DNA of 32,000 nucleotides from an uncultured Eubacteriales bacterium. GTDB lineage: Bacteria; Bacillota; Clostridia; Oscillospirales; Butyricicoccaceae. The stretch spans positions 255,375-287,374 of the forward strand of contig CAKRRK010000001.1 of NCBI GenBank assembly GCA_934395135.1. Reading direction: 5' to 3'. Both the position numbers and the translations under genes were made by a program. Under the pieces are notes generated by a model, which worked only from the letters and a program-made list of their open reading frames with translations, did not search any database and had not been told where the DNA came from. This document shows, one piece after another, positions 16,801 through 25,564 of the stretch. Position 1 is the stretch's first letter. Each line of letters opens with the position of its first letter.

Positions 16801-16805
16801 CTGTT

Positions 16806-17387
16806 TTAATCCAGTTCGTCCAGAGTCAGAGCAAAGCCCGGGATAAAGTGTTCCAGAAAATATGCCACTTCCTCGCTGTTTGTTTCCTCCAGCCCCTTGC
16901 GGATGCTCTCTGACGCGGTCTTAAACTCATGATTGCCGCTTTTCATCTCTTCCATACACTTAATATAAGCGGAGAGTTTATCTGCCCAATGGACCACATT
17001 CGCCACGTCCCCATCCCCTTTTACCGCCTCAAACAAACTGTGATACTCCGGATACAGCTCTTCCGGCAGATAGCCCAGCAGCTTTTGTGCGGCGTTTTTT
17101 TCCACCTTTTTGTATGCCTCCCGGATCTCCGGGTTAAAATATTTCACAGGAGTGGGCAGATCGCCGGTCAGGATTTCCGGCGCGTCGTGAAACAGGGCCG
17201 CCGCAGCGCAGCGCTCCGGCGAATGGTTTTTTCCAAAGATGCGGTTACCGATTACCGCCAGCGCATGGGCAATGACGGCGGTGTCCAGCGTATGCTCCGC
17301 CAAATTTTCCGCCGCGGAATTTTTCATCAGCCCCCATCGCTGAATATACCGCATTCTGTATAAATAGCTGAAAAAATAATCCTTCAT
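16806..17387 (-). CDS. HD-domain 5'-deoxynucleotidase (YfbR-like)
   Basis: LYRMRYIQRWGLM...ENLAEHTLDTAVIAHAL...ALFHDAPEILTGDLPTPVK carries the H...HD...D motif, with length typical of YfbR-type HD hydrolases. Confidence 0.8.
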   Translation of the reverse strand: MKDYFFSYLYRMRYIQRWGLMKNSAAENLAEHTLDTAVIAHALAVIGNRIFGKNHSPERCAAAALFHDAPEILTGDLPTPVKYFNPEIREAYKKVEKNAAQKLLGYLPEELYPEYHSLFEAVKGDGDVANVVHWADKLSAYIKCMEEMKSGNHEFKTASESIRKGLEETNSEEVAYFLEHFIPGFALTLDELD

Positions 17388-17496
17388 AGCAATTCCCGTT
17401 CCCTTTCTCCGCCGAAAAAGTTTTTATATATACATATTATCATCTTTTGATGCAAAACTGTAGTAATCGGGCGAATTTTTTTGTAGCTTATTTTGG

Positions 17497-17526
17497 TTGC
17501 AATCTATACCGCTAAGGTGCTATATT
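17497..17526 (+). promoter_or_regulatory. Putative sigma-A promoter of nifS-nifU
   Basis: TTGCAA (17497-17502), an 18-nt spacer ending in TGC, then TATATT (17521-17526). Confidence 0.4.
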
Positions 17527-17564
17527 TTATATGGGATATTATCAATTTTGGGGAGTGTACTCAC

Positions 17565-18758
17565 ATGATGAATCAAATATATACCGATAACGCGGCGACA
17601 ACGCCGATCTCAAGCACCGTGCTGGACGCTATGCTGCCATATCTGACATCCGGATACGGCAATCCTTCCAGCCTTTATTCCACTGGCCGGGATGCCAAAG
17701 CCGCCATAGAAGACGCCCGCCGGAACGTTGCGGACGCCATCGGCTGCGAAAGCAGCGAAATCATCTTTACCGGCGGCGGCTCGGAAGCGGACAACCTGGC
17801 CATCAAAGGCCTGCTGTGGGGCTCTGCCCTGAAAAAAGGCAAAAACCACATTATCACTTCCAAAATCGAGCATCATGCCATTTTGCATACCGTTGCGTTT
17901 ATGGAACGGATGGGATGCCGGGTGACCTACCTGGATGTGGACAACCTTGGCCGGGTTGACCTGGAGCAGCTGCGCTCGTCTATCACCAGCGAAACCGCCT
18001 TGGTTTCCATTATGGCGGCGAACAACGAAATCGGCACCATACAGCCCCTTGCGGAAATTGCCCGCATCTGCCATGACGGCGGCACCCTGTTCCATTGCGA
18101 CGCGGTGCAGGGAATCGGCCATATGGAACTGGACGTAAGGAAACTGGGCATTGATATGCTGTCTATGTCCGCGCATAAAATCCGCGGCCCCAAAGGCGTA
18201 GGCGCCTTGTACTGCCGGAAAGGCATCTATCTGGAGCCGCTGATCCACGGCGGCGGTCAGGAAAGCCGAAAACGCAGCGGCACGGAAAACGTGGCAGGCA
18301 TTGTGGGCTTTGGCGCCGCCATCCAGGAGGCGGTATCCCGCATGCCGGAAGTGCTGCCCAGGATTTCCGCCTTGCGCCGGCGGCTGGAGGCCGGGGTTGC
18401 CAAACTGCCGTATGCCCGTCTGACCGGCGATCCGGAGCATCGCCTGCCCGGCACGGCAAGCTTTGCTTTTGAGTGTATCGAAGGGGAAAGCCTGATCCTG
18501 ATGCTGGATATGAAAGGCATCGCGGCTTCCACCGGATCTGCCTGCTCCACCGGATCCCTGGATCCTTCTCATGTACTGATGGCCATCGGCCTGCCTCACA
18601 AAATTGCCCATGGCTCTCTCCGCATTACCATCGGAGAGCAAAACACGGAAGAAGAAATCGATTATATCCTTGCTTCTCTGGAGGAAATCATCGGAAAGCT
18701 CCGGTATATGTCCCCAGTTTGGGACAATGACCTCCAGCAACCTCTGGAATTTCATTAA
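17565..18758 (+). CDS. nifS: Cysteine desulfurase (NifS-type, class I)
   Basis: YTDNAATTP is present. The PLP lysine lies in SMSAHKIRGPKGVGALY and the catalytic Cys loop is STGSACSTGS. The internal ATG (MMNQIY) follows GGGAG; the TTG-initiated extension in the track lacks support. Confidence 0.92.
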   Translation: MMNQIYTDNAATTPISSTVLDAMLPYLTSGYGNPSSLYSTGRDAKAAIEDARRNVADAIGCESSEIIFTGGGSEADNLAIKGLLWGSALKKGKNHIITSKIEHHAILHTVAFMERMGCRVTYLDVDNLGRVDLEQLRSSITSETALVSIMAANNEIGTIQPLAEIARICHDGGTLFHCDAVQGIGHMELDVRKLGIDMLSMSAHKIRGPKGVGALYCRKGIYLEPLIHGGGQESRKRSGTENVAGIVGFGAAIQEAVSRMPEVLPRISALRRRLEAGVAKLPYARLTGDPEHRLPGTASFAFECIEGESLILMLDMKGIAASTGSACSTGSLDPSHVLMAIGLPHKIAHGSLRITIGEQNTEEEIDYILASLEEIIGKLRYMSPVWDNDLQQPLEFH

Positions 18759-18784
18759 ATCTTAACGCAAAGGAGTGTTTCCCT

Positions 18785-19216
18785 ATGCAATACAGCGAAA
18801 AAGTAATGGACCATTTCTCCAATCCGAGAAATGTGGGAAAAATGGACGATCCCACCGCCGTCGGCCAGGTTGGCAACGCAAAATGTGGCGATATTATGAA
18901 GATCTATCTAAAAATTGAAAACGACGTCATTCTGGACGCCAGATTCGAAACCTTTGGCTGCGGTGCTGCCGTTGCCACAAGTTCGATGGCGACAGAGCTT
19001 GTCAAGGGCAAGACCATTGAAGAAGCGCTGAAGCTGACAAACAAAGCTGTTGCGGAGGCTTTGGACGGCCTCCCGCCGGTAAAAATGCATTGCTCTGTTT
19101 TGGCGGAAGAAGCCCTTCACGCGGCCATCGCGGATTATTATAAAAAACAGGGCAAGGACCCGTCTGACTTTATTCGCTGCAGTATGGATTGTGAAAACTG
19201 CGGCTGCGGGCACTAA
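18785..19216 (+). CDS. nifU: Fe-S cluster assembly scaffold NifU/IscU
   Basis: The three scaffold cysteines sit in GNAKCGD, FGCGAAVATSS and MHCSVLAEEAL. The C-terminal tail is Cys-rich (CSMDCENCGCGH). Confidence 0.92.
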   Translation: MQYSEKVMDHFSNPRNVGKMDDPTAVGQVGNAKCGDIMKIYLKIENDVILDARFETFGCGAAVATSSMATELVKGKTIEEALKLTNKAVAEALDGLPPVKMHCSVLAEEALHAAIADYYKKQGKDPSDFIRCSMDCENCGCGH

Positions 19217-19240
19217 ATCCCTGGCAAATCTTTGTGAATA

Positions 19241-19272
19241 AGGGTAGGTATTTTGAAAACCTACCCTTTTTG
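19241..19272 (+). terminator. Rho-independent terminator after nifU
   Basis: AGGGTAGGT-ATTTTGAAA-ACCTACCCT forms a 9-bp stem followed by TTTTT. Confidence 0.7.
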
Positions 19273-19326
19273 GCGTATATTCTTGTCTCTGTCCATAATA
19301 TAGTAAAGCAGAAAAGGAGGCAAACT

Positions 19327-22300
19327 ATGGAGCAGATTACGACACTTATGGAGGAACTTCCAGTATTTCAGGATTTTTTCAAAGCATTCCGCAGGGGAGA
19401 TTCGCCTCTGTCCTTTACCGGCACGGAGTATATCCACCGGGCATTTATCATCGCCTCCGTGATACAAAGCATCCGCCGCCCTGTGGTGGTGATTTCTCCT
19501 GACGACGCAGCGGCGGCTCGTATGCAGGCGGAACTGCAAAATTTGCTGTCCGGCGAAGTCCTTCTGCTTCCCTTCCGGGATTTTGTATTTCACCCTATGG
19601 AAGGCGCGTCCCGGGAATACGAACACAAGCGCATCCGCACCCTGTCCCGGTGGAACGAAGGACTTCCGCTGGTGGTCTCCGGGCAGGCGCTCACCCAGTT
19701 TTCCATCCCTCCTGCCGTATTGGCGCAGGCTTCTTTTTCCATTGAGCGCGGAAAGCGGTACTCCCTTGCCGCACTGACGGAACGACTTCTTTCCATCGGC
19801 TATACCCGCTGTATGCAGGTGGAGGGCTATGGCCAATTTTCCCTGCGGGGCGGCATTTTGGATCTTTATCCGCCTCAGGCAAGCGCGCCGGCCCGGATTG
19901 AATTTTGGGACGAGGACGTCGATACCATCTCCCTCTTCGACATTGGCAGCCAGCGCCGCGGCGCGGCGCTGGACCGCGTGATATGCCTTCCGGTTTCCGA
20001 GGCCCTGCCCGCCCTGGGCGGCGACACGCTGGCGATGCGCATCCGGCAAGCGGCTGACGCCCTTCCCCAAACTGCACGGGATGACCGCGCCGTTTTGCTG
20101 CGGGACGCGGAGCGCCTGGAAGGCGGGATGTTGTTTCCATCCCTTGACAAATATCTGCCTTATCTCTACGGCGGTCTGTTTACCGCGGCGGATTATATCC
20201 CCCAGGACGCCGTAGTCTTTTTGGACCGCGCGTCTGCCGTGCGGGAAAACACACTGGGCTTTGAACGCCGTCTGCGGGAAGATCTCGTCGCCCTTACAGA
20301 ACGGCATTTTCCAGTGCCGGAGATCCCATACTGCCTGTGCTTTGCAGCTCTGTGCAAAAAGCTGGAGCAAAACCGCATCATCCTTTTGGATGATTTTCTC
20401 GCCCGATTGCCGGAACTGCCCTCCAAAGGGCTGTTCCATCTTTCGGCAAAGGAACTGCCTCCTTTCGGCGGCAGTCTCCTTTCTATCACCGAGGAGGTTC
20501 AGGCCTATCTTTCTCAGAATTACCGGGTGATCCTTCTGTGTTCCGGCGACGCAAAGTGCAGCATGGCGCTGGATATGCTGGCAGAATCCATCCCGCAATG
20601 CAGCCTGTCTAAAAACATGCCGCAGCCGGGGCATATGGCTATTATGACCGGCAGCCTGGGAGCCGGATTTGAGCTGCCTGAAATCCGGCTGGCTGTTTTT
20701 TCCGAAGGAAAACCGGTATCCCGGCGCAAATCCCGCTCCGTCAAACAGTCCAACCGGGAAAAAATCAAGCACTACACCGACCTTGTCCCTGGCGACATCG
20801 TGGTGCATGAGCATCACGGCATCGGCCGGTTCTCCGGCATTGAGCGCATTGCCGTGGACGGCACGGAAAAAGATTATGTGAAAATTGCCTTTTCCGGGAC
20901 AGACTGCCTGTATGTCCCCACCACCAACCTGGACCTCATTTCCAAATACATTGGCGCCGGCGAGGAGGGTTCCGTCCGTCTGAACAAGCTGGGCGGCGCG
21001 GACTGGCAGAAAACCAAAGCCCGGGCAAAGGCTTCCGCCAAAGAGCTTGCCGCAAAGCTCATCGCCCTGTATGCCCAGCGGGAAAAAACACCAGGCTTTG
21101 CTTTTCCGGAGGACGACAGCTGGCAGGAGGAGTTTGAAGACGCTTTCGCTTATGATGAAACGGAGGATCAGATCCGCTGTTCGGAAGAGATCAAACAGGA
21201 TATGATGCGCCCACGCCCTATGGACCGGCTGCTTTGCGGCGACGTAGGCTTTGGCAAAACAGAGGTGGCTCTGCGGGCTGTGATGAAGTGCGTACTGGGA
21301 AACAAGCAGGCGGCCATTCTGGTGCCTACCACCGTTTTGGCGCGGCAGCACTATCTGACAGCCTCCGCCCGGTTTTCCGGCTATCCAATCAAAATTGAAC
21401 TGCTTAGCCGGTACCGCACCGCCAAAGAGCAGGAAGCCATTTATCAAAAGCTCCGGGAGGGCGGCATTGATCTCATTATCGGCACCCACAAACTGCTTTC
21501 CAAAAAGCTGCGGTTCCGGGATCTTGGCCTTCTCATCATTGACGAAGAACAGCGCTTCGGCGTTTCCCACAAGGAAACCCTCAAAGAACTTTCCCGCAGC
21601 GTAGACGTGCTTACTCTGTCTGCAACCCCCATTCCCCGCACTTTAAATATGGCGCTGTCCGGCATTCGGGATATGTCAATGATCGAAGAACCGCCGGCGG
21701 ACCGTCATCCCGTTCAGACCTATGTGCTGGAATATGACCTTGGCATCCTGACAGACGCACTGCGCCGGGAACTGTCCCGGGGCGGACAGGCATACTATCT
21801 CCACAACCGGGTGGAGGATATGGAAACCATTGTCCGCCGCCTGCGGGATAAGCTGCCAAGCGCTGTGATTGAAGCAGCCCATGGAAAAATGAACCAAAAA
21901 ACCCTTGCAGACATTATGACCAGAATGTCTGCCGGAGAAATCGATGTCCTTGTTTGCACCACCATCATTGAAACCGGGGTGGATATTCCCAACGTCAATA
22001 CGCTGATCATCGAAGATGCAGACAAAATGGGGCTTGCCCAGCTGCACCAGATTCGGGGACGGGTAGGTCGTTCCAGCCGCCATGCCTTTGCCTATCTGAC
22101 GTTCCGCCGCGGCAAAGTGCTGACGGAGGTGGCAAAAAAGCGGCTTTCCGCCGTGCGGGAATTCGCGGAATTTGGATCCGGCTTCAAAATTGCGATGCGC
22201 GATCTGGAAATCCGCGGCGCCGGAAACGTCCTCGGCCCGGAACAGTCCGGACACCTGATGAGCATCGGCTATGACCTGTATCTCAAACTGTTGGAAGACG

Positions 22301-22785
22301 CGGTGCTGGAGGAGCAGGGCCGCACGCCCAAAACCCGGACAGAATGCTCCGCAGAACTTACCGTCAGTGCCAATATTCCCAGCTCGTATGTACCGGACGA
22401 CGGACAGCGCATTGACCTGTACCGCCGCATTGCCCTGATTCAGACCGAAGCTGACAAGTCCGATATGCTGGACGAACTCATCGATCGGTTCGGGGAGCCG
22501 CCCCAAAGCGTCGCCGCCCTGTGCGACATCGCCCTGCTGCGCGCCATCGCCGGCGGCTGCGGGATTATTGAAATCCGGCAGCAGGACCATCGGCTTTTCC
22601 TCAAGTGGCAGATGCCGGACTTTGCCAAGCTGTCCGCCTTGTGCGGCGATCCGGCCTACAAAGGGCGTTTGCTGTTAAACGCCGGCTCGGATCCCTATCT
22701 CTCCCTGCGGCTTTTGCCGGAGGAAGCGGTCCTTCCCGCCCTTTTCCGGCTGCTGCGCGCCTACTCCGCCCTTTCCTCCCGCTGA
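19327..22785 (+). CDS. mfd: Transcription-repair coupling factor
   Basis: About 1150 aa. Walker A is LLCGDVGFGKTEVA, the DExx box is IIDEEQRFG, and helicase motifs are TATPIPRTL, TTIIETGVDIPNVNT and QLHQIRGRVGRS. A TRG/C-terminal region is present. The ATG at 19327 follows AAAGGAGG; the track extension spans the nifU terminator. Confidence 0.95.
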   Translation: MEQITTLMEELPVFQDFFKAFRRGDSPLSFTGTEYIHRAFIIASVIQSIRRPVVVISPDDAAAARMQAELQNLLSGEVLLLPFRDFVFHPMEGASREYEHKRIRTLSRWNEGLPLVVSGQALTQFSIPPAVLAQASFSIERGKRYSLAALTERLLSIGYTRCMQVEGYGQFSLRGGILDLYPPQASAPARIEFWDEDVDTISLFDIGSQRRGAALDRVICLPVSEALPALGGDTLAMRIRQAADALPQTARDDRAVLLRDAERLEGGMLFPSLDKYLPYLYGGLFTAADYIPQDAVVFLDRASAVRENTLGFERRLREDLVALTERHFPVPEIPYCLCFAALCKKLEQNRIILLDDFLARLPELPSKGLFHLSAKELPPFGGSLLSITEEVQAYLSQNYRVILLCSGDAKCSMALDMLAESIPQCSLSKNMPQPGHMAIMTGSLGAGFELPEIRLAVFSEGKPVSRRKSRSVKQSNREKIKHYTDLVPGDIVVHEHHGIGRFSGIERIAVDGTEKDYVKIAFSGTDCLYVPTTNLDLISKYIGAGEEGSVRLNKLGGADWQKTKARAKASAKELAAKLIALYAQREKTPGFAFPEDDSWQEEFEDAFAYDETEDQIRCSEEIKQDMMRPRPMDRLLCGDVGFGKTEVALRAVMKCVLGNKQAAILVPTTVLARQHYLTASARFSGYPIKIELLSRYRTAKEQEAIYQKLREGGIDLIIGTHKLLSKKLRFRDLGLLIIDEEQRFGVSHKETLKELSRSVDVLTLSATPIPRTLNMALSGIRDMSMIEEPPADRHPVQTYVLEYDLGILTDALRRELSRGGQAYYLHNRVEDMETIVRRLRDKLPSAVIEAAHGKMNQKTLADIMTRMSAGEIDVLVCTTIIETGVDIPNVNTLIIEDADKMGLAQLHQIRGRVGRSSRHAFAYLTFRRGKVLTEVAKKRLSAVREFAEFGSGFKIAMRDLEIRGAGNVLGPEQSGHLMSIGYDLYLKLLEDAVLEEQGRTPKTRTECSAELTVSANIPSSYVPDDGQRIDLYRRIALIQTEADKSDMLDELIDRFGEPPQSVAALCDIALLRAIAGGCGIIEIRQQDHRLFLKWQMPDFAKLSALCGDPAYKGRLLLNAGSDPYLSLRLLPEEAVLPALFRLLRAYSALSSR

Positions 22786-22909
22786 AGCAGGCCGCCTTGC
22801 TCCGCCCTGCGTTCCAGACATGGAAAACAACCCCTATGCATTCACATCCGATTCCCCTCTTTTTGGAGCATTTGGAAATAATGTTCACAAAATCTACACA
22901 TTTTCCGCA

Positions 22910-22938
22910 TTGTATCTTGCTTTGTAAGATGCTATAAT
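22910..22938 (+). promoter_or_regulatory. Putative sigma-A promoter of the PrsA-like pair
   Basis: TTGTAT (22910-22915), a 17-nt spacer ending in TGC (extended -10), then TATAAT (22933-22938). Confidence 0.5.
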
Positions 22939-22972
22939 GATAACTGCATTTGTTATTTTAGGAGTTAGTACA

Positions 22973-24082
22973 ATGAAAAAATTTGTTTCCATTTTATTGC
23001 TTTCCTCGGTATGCCTGCTGACTCTGTGCGGCTGCAAGAGTTACGAATCTCCGGAAGACACTCCGATTGTCCTGAAAATCAACGGAGAGGAATTCCATGC
23101 CGCCCAGGTGGCGGAATATATGAGCGCCTACAAAGCGGAATGCGAATCCAACTATGTCTCGATGCTGTCTATGTTCGGCGATACGGACACTTCCCAATTG
23201 GATGCTTTCTGGGATACGGACGAAATGCAGGAGGATTTGCGGGAAACCGGCCTGTCCCGCCTGCTGACGGACATGGCGATTGAAGAGTTTATGGAAGAAC
23301 ATGGGCTTTCTTTTACCGAAGAAGATCAACAGGCAGTGGATGAGAAAAAAGATTCTCTGATTTTGCGGGCTGGCAGCAGTGAAAAATTTGCCGAATACAT
23401 TGCCAGCCAAGGTTATACTGAAAAAAGCTATGACCACAGGCTGCGCATGAACCAGTGCCGGCAGATTATCACAGAGTATTGTTTTGGTCCCGGCGGCGCG
23501 ATGCGCCCCTCGGATGAGGAACTTGCCGACTACTACAACCAGTATTACTACAAAATTCAAATCATCAGCCTGGCAAAGACTTCTACCAACATAGAAGGCG
23601 TTACAAAACAGGATATTGCCAACGACGTGCTGGAGCAAGCGCTTTCCGGTGCGGATTTTGACACCTTGATCGCGCAATACAATGAGGCGACGCAGGACCA
23701 CCTGGTGTTCAGCTATTCATGCAATCTGGAGTCTGTCCTAGTGGACGCCGCCATTATGCTGGAAGAAAATGAAGTATGCGATACCTTGGTGGACGGCGCT
23801 TACAGTTATTACATCATCAAGCGGGTACCCCTGGACGAAGATGCGCTGTTTGCTCCGGACGGGCTGTATGACGGCACCTCCATTGCAGAGGACGTCGCCC
23901 CGAAAATCGGTTCGCTGGACGATGTGCTTTCTGAAATTACCGATGCGTATGACGTGGAGCGGCTGGACGCCTTTTCCAAAATGACTTCCAAAAATCTGGA
24001 ACAGTACCGCGTTGCCACAGAGACTGCTCCCAGAGAAAGCACCTCTGATCCGGACGGCAGCGCAGCGGATACCGCTTCCTGA
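22973..24082 (+). CDS. PrsA/SurA-like lipoprotein with a degenerate parvulin domain
   Basis: The signal peptide and lipobox are MKKFVSILLLSSVCLLTLCGC. The architecture parallels the downstream paralog, but the parvulin signature positions read YKIQIISLA and AYSYYIIKR instead of KHILI and GFHIIQR. The RBS is GGAG. Confidence 0.7.
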   Translation: MKKFVSILLLSSVCLLTLCGCKSYESPEDTPIVLKINGEEFHAAQVAEYMSAYKAECESNYVSMLSMFGDTDTSQLDAFWDTDEMQEDLRETGLSRLLTDMAIEEFMEEHGLSFTEEDQQAVDEKKDSLILRAGSSEKFAEYIASQGYTEKSYDHRLRMNQCRQIITEYCFGPGGAMRPSDEELADYYNQYYYKIQIISLAKTSTNIEGVTKQDIANDVLEQALSGADFDTLIAQYNEATQDHLVFSYSCNLESVLVDAAIMLEENEVCDTLVDGAYSYYIIKRVPLDEDALFAPDGLYDGTSIAEDVAPKIGSLDDVLSEITDAYDVERLDAFSKMTSKNLEQYRVATETAPRESTSDPDGSAADTAS

Positions 24083-24124
24083 TCCGGCCTTCCATTCCTT
24101 GCTGATATCACAAAGGAGACTTGT

Positions 24125-25201
24125 ATGAAAAAATTAATTGCTCTGTGCCTTGCAGCTGCTGTCTGCTTTTCGTTTGCCGGCTGCGGCACACCGGACGCTG
24201 CGGAGACAACCTCCGATGTCGCAAGCGATGCGGTGGTGATGACCGTCGGTGATACGGAAATTACCGCGGACCTTCTGGCCTCGTATATTACAAACAACAA
24301 AGTCAGCTATGAGATGTATTATCTGGAAAACTTTGGCCAGGGCGATACCTCCTCCCTTTGGGAAGATCCGGACACCTGCAGCATGATTTTGGAAAATGCC
24401 AAATCCCAGATTATTTTTGATACGGCCACGGTACAGCTGGCGGCGGAACTTGGGCTGGTTCTTTCGGACGAAAACCGCGCCAATATGGAAACCACCAAAG
24501 AAACCTATATTGCACAGCTTGGTTCTGAGGAGGCCTTTTTGGAATATATCCATACCATGGGATTCCGCGAAACGGAGTTTGACAAAATCCTGGAGGCCGC
24601 CGAATACCAGCGGCTGATCGAAGACTATTATTACGGAGAAAACGGACAGACTCCGGTTTCGGAGGAAGATATCCAGGCGTATTACAACGACCATTACTAT
24701 CGTGCCAAGCACATTTTGATCAAAACCGTGGACGACGCCTTCTCTCCCCTCGGCGATGACGAAATCGCGGAAAAGGAAGCCCTTGTCAACGATCTTGTTT
24801 CCCGCGCAAACAGCGGCGAAAATTTTGACGCGCTGATTGCGAAATACGGCGAGGATCCAGGGATGGAAACCAGCCCGAATGGTTACACCTTCTCCGCAGA
24901 AGATAACTTTGTCTCGGAATTCATCGACGGCACGGTGGCCTTGGGCGTCAACGAAATTTCCGGCGCAGTGGAAAGCGCCTATGGATTTCATATCATCCAG
25001 CGTCTTCCGCTGTTGGAAGACACCCTGTATGCGGAAGACGGCTCGGTAAGCGGCACATCCATTTATGATGCTATCCGTTCTTCCCTGGCGGATGTCAGCG
25101 CCCGGATCAACGACTACATCAATGATAAGATCACCGTAACGGTGCACGAAGAAATCTATGACAAGATAACGGTGCAAAACGCCGGCAGTTTGCTGGAATA
25201 A
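24125..25201 (+). CDS. prsA: Peptidylprolyl isomerase, PrsA-like lipoprotein (parvulin type)
   Basis: The lipobox is LAAAVCFSFAGC. The parvulin motifs YRAKHILIKT, ...GYTFSAEDNFVSEF... and AYGFHIIQRLP are present. The RBS is AAAGGAG. Confidence 0.8.
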   Translation: MKKLIALCLAAAVCFSFAGCGTPDAAETTSDVASDAVVMTVGDTEITADLLASYITNNKVSYEMYYLENFGQGDTSSLWEDPDTCSMILENAKSQIIFDTATVQLAAELGLVLSDENRANMETTKETYIAQLGSEEAFLEYIHTMGFRETEFDKILEAAEYQRLIEDYYYGENGQTPVSEEDIQAYYNDHYYRAKHILIKTVDDAFSPLGDDEIAEKEALVNDLVSRANSGENFDALIAKYGEDPGMETSPNGYTFSAEDNFVSEFIDGTVALGVNEISGAVESAYGFHIIQRLPLLEDTLYAEDGSVSGTSIYDAIRSSLADVSARINDYINDKITVTVHEEIYDKITVQNAGSLLE

Positions 25202-25227
25202 TTCCCTGCCCCCCTGCCGCATTTCTC

Positions 25228-25260
25228 GATAATCGCAAATGGCTTGCGGTTATCGTTTTG
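25228..25260 (+). terminator. Rho-independent terminator after the second PrsA gene
   Basis: GATAATCGCAA-ATGGC-TTGCGGTTATC forms an 11-bp stem with one G-U pair, followed by GTTTTGCTTT. Confidence 0.65.
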
Positions 25261-25454
25261 CTTTCGCTTCTTTTTTGAATGGAAACCGAAAATTTTGCAA
25301 ATACTTCGAATAATGAACTTTTTCTTTCTAATACAATTTTTGTATAGATTCCACAGAAAGTTTGTACTTTTTTCCCTGTATTTCCAAAAGCATGTGGATA
25401 GCTTTTGATTTTTTCGAATTTCTCTTGTTTTTTTATCATAAATCTCTTGTAATT

Positions 25455-25482
25455 TTGTTAATAAAATGTTAATATCTATAAT
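25455..25482 (+). promoter_or_regulatory. Putative sigma-A promoter of the radical SAM gene
   Basis: TTGTTA (25455-25460), a 16-nt spacer, then TATAAT (25477-25482). It lies about 80 nt upstream of the ATG at 25565. Confidence 0.5.
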
Positions 25483-25491
25483 GATTTATAG

Positions 25492-25514
25492 TACGCATGC
25501 GAATGCATTGCGTA
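25492..25514 (+). promoter_or_regulatory. Inverted repeat just downstream of the predicted start site (5'-UTR hairpin or operator)
   Basis: TACGCATGC-GAAT-GCA(T)TGCGTA forms a 9-bp stem with a single bulged T, or equivalently 6-bp outer arms TACGCA/TGCGTA. It starts about 10 nt after the -10 box. Confidence 0.4.
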
Positions 25515-25564
25515 TGAGACCATTCTTTTACAGATGTCAGTAATCTATTTTCAGGAGGAAAACT

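Noticed and set aside
19261-21570. Very long antisense ORFs in the track. They include the 769-aa ORF opposite mfd, plus 21676-22590, 17610-18755 (opposite nifS), 24134-25222 (opposite prsA), 25937-27004 (opposite the radical SAM gene), 7448-8662 (opposite nagB), 8730-9656 (opposite the dehydrogenase), 4636-5514 and 9764-10513.
   Set aside because: Each one is fully overlapped by a gene on the other strand that has strong family motifs. Their translations are Arg/Gly/Pro/His/Ala-rich low-complexity strings with no recognisable motif and no RBS. This is typical of stop-poor antisense frames in GC-biased coding DNA.
25239-25543. Small ORFs upstream of the radical SAM gene, considered as possible RiPP precursors or leader peptides: the 24-aa MACGYRFAFASFLNGNRKFCKYFE (25239-25313), a 26-aa hydrophobic ORF from about 25392, and the 20-aa MIYSTHANALRMRPFFYRCQ (25481-25543).
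   Set aside because: None has an RBS. The first starts inside the prsA terminator stem. The second overlaps the predicted -35 box and the third overlaps the predicted -10 box. No peptidase, transporter or RiPP recognition element is nearby. They are worth re-checking only if ribosome profiling or homolog conservation says otherwise.
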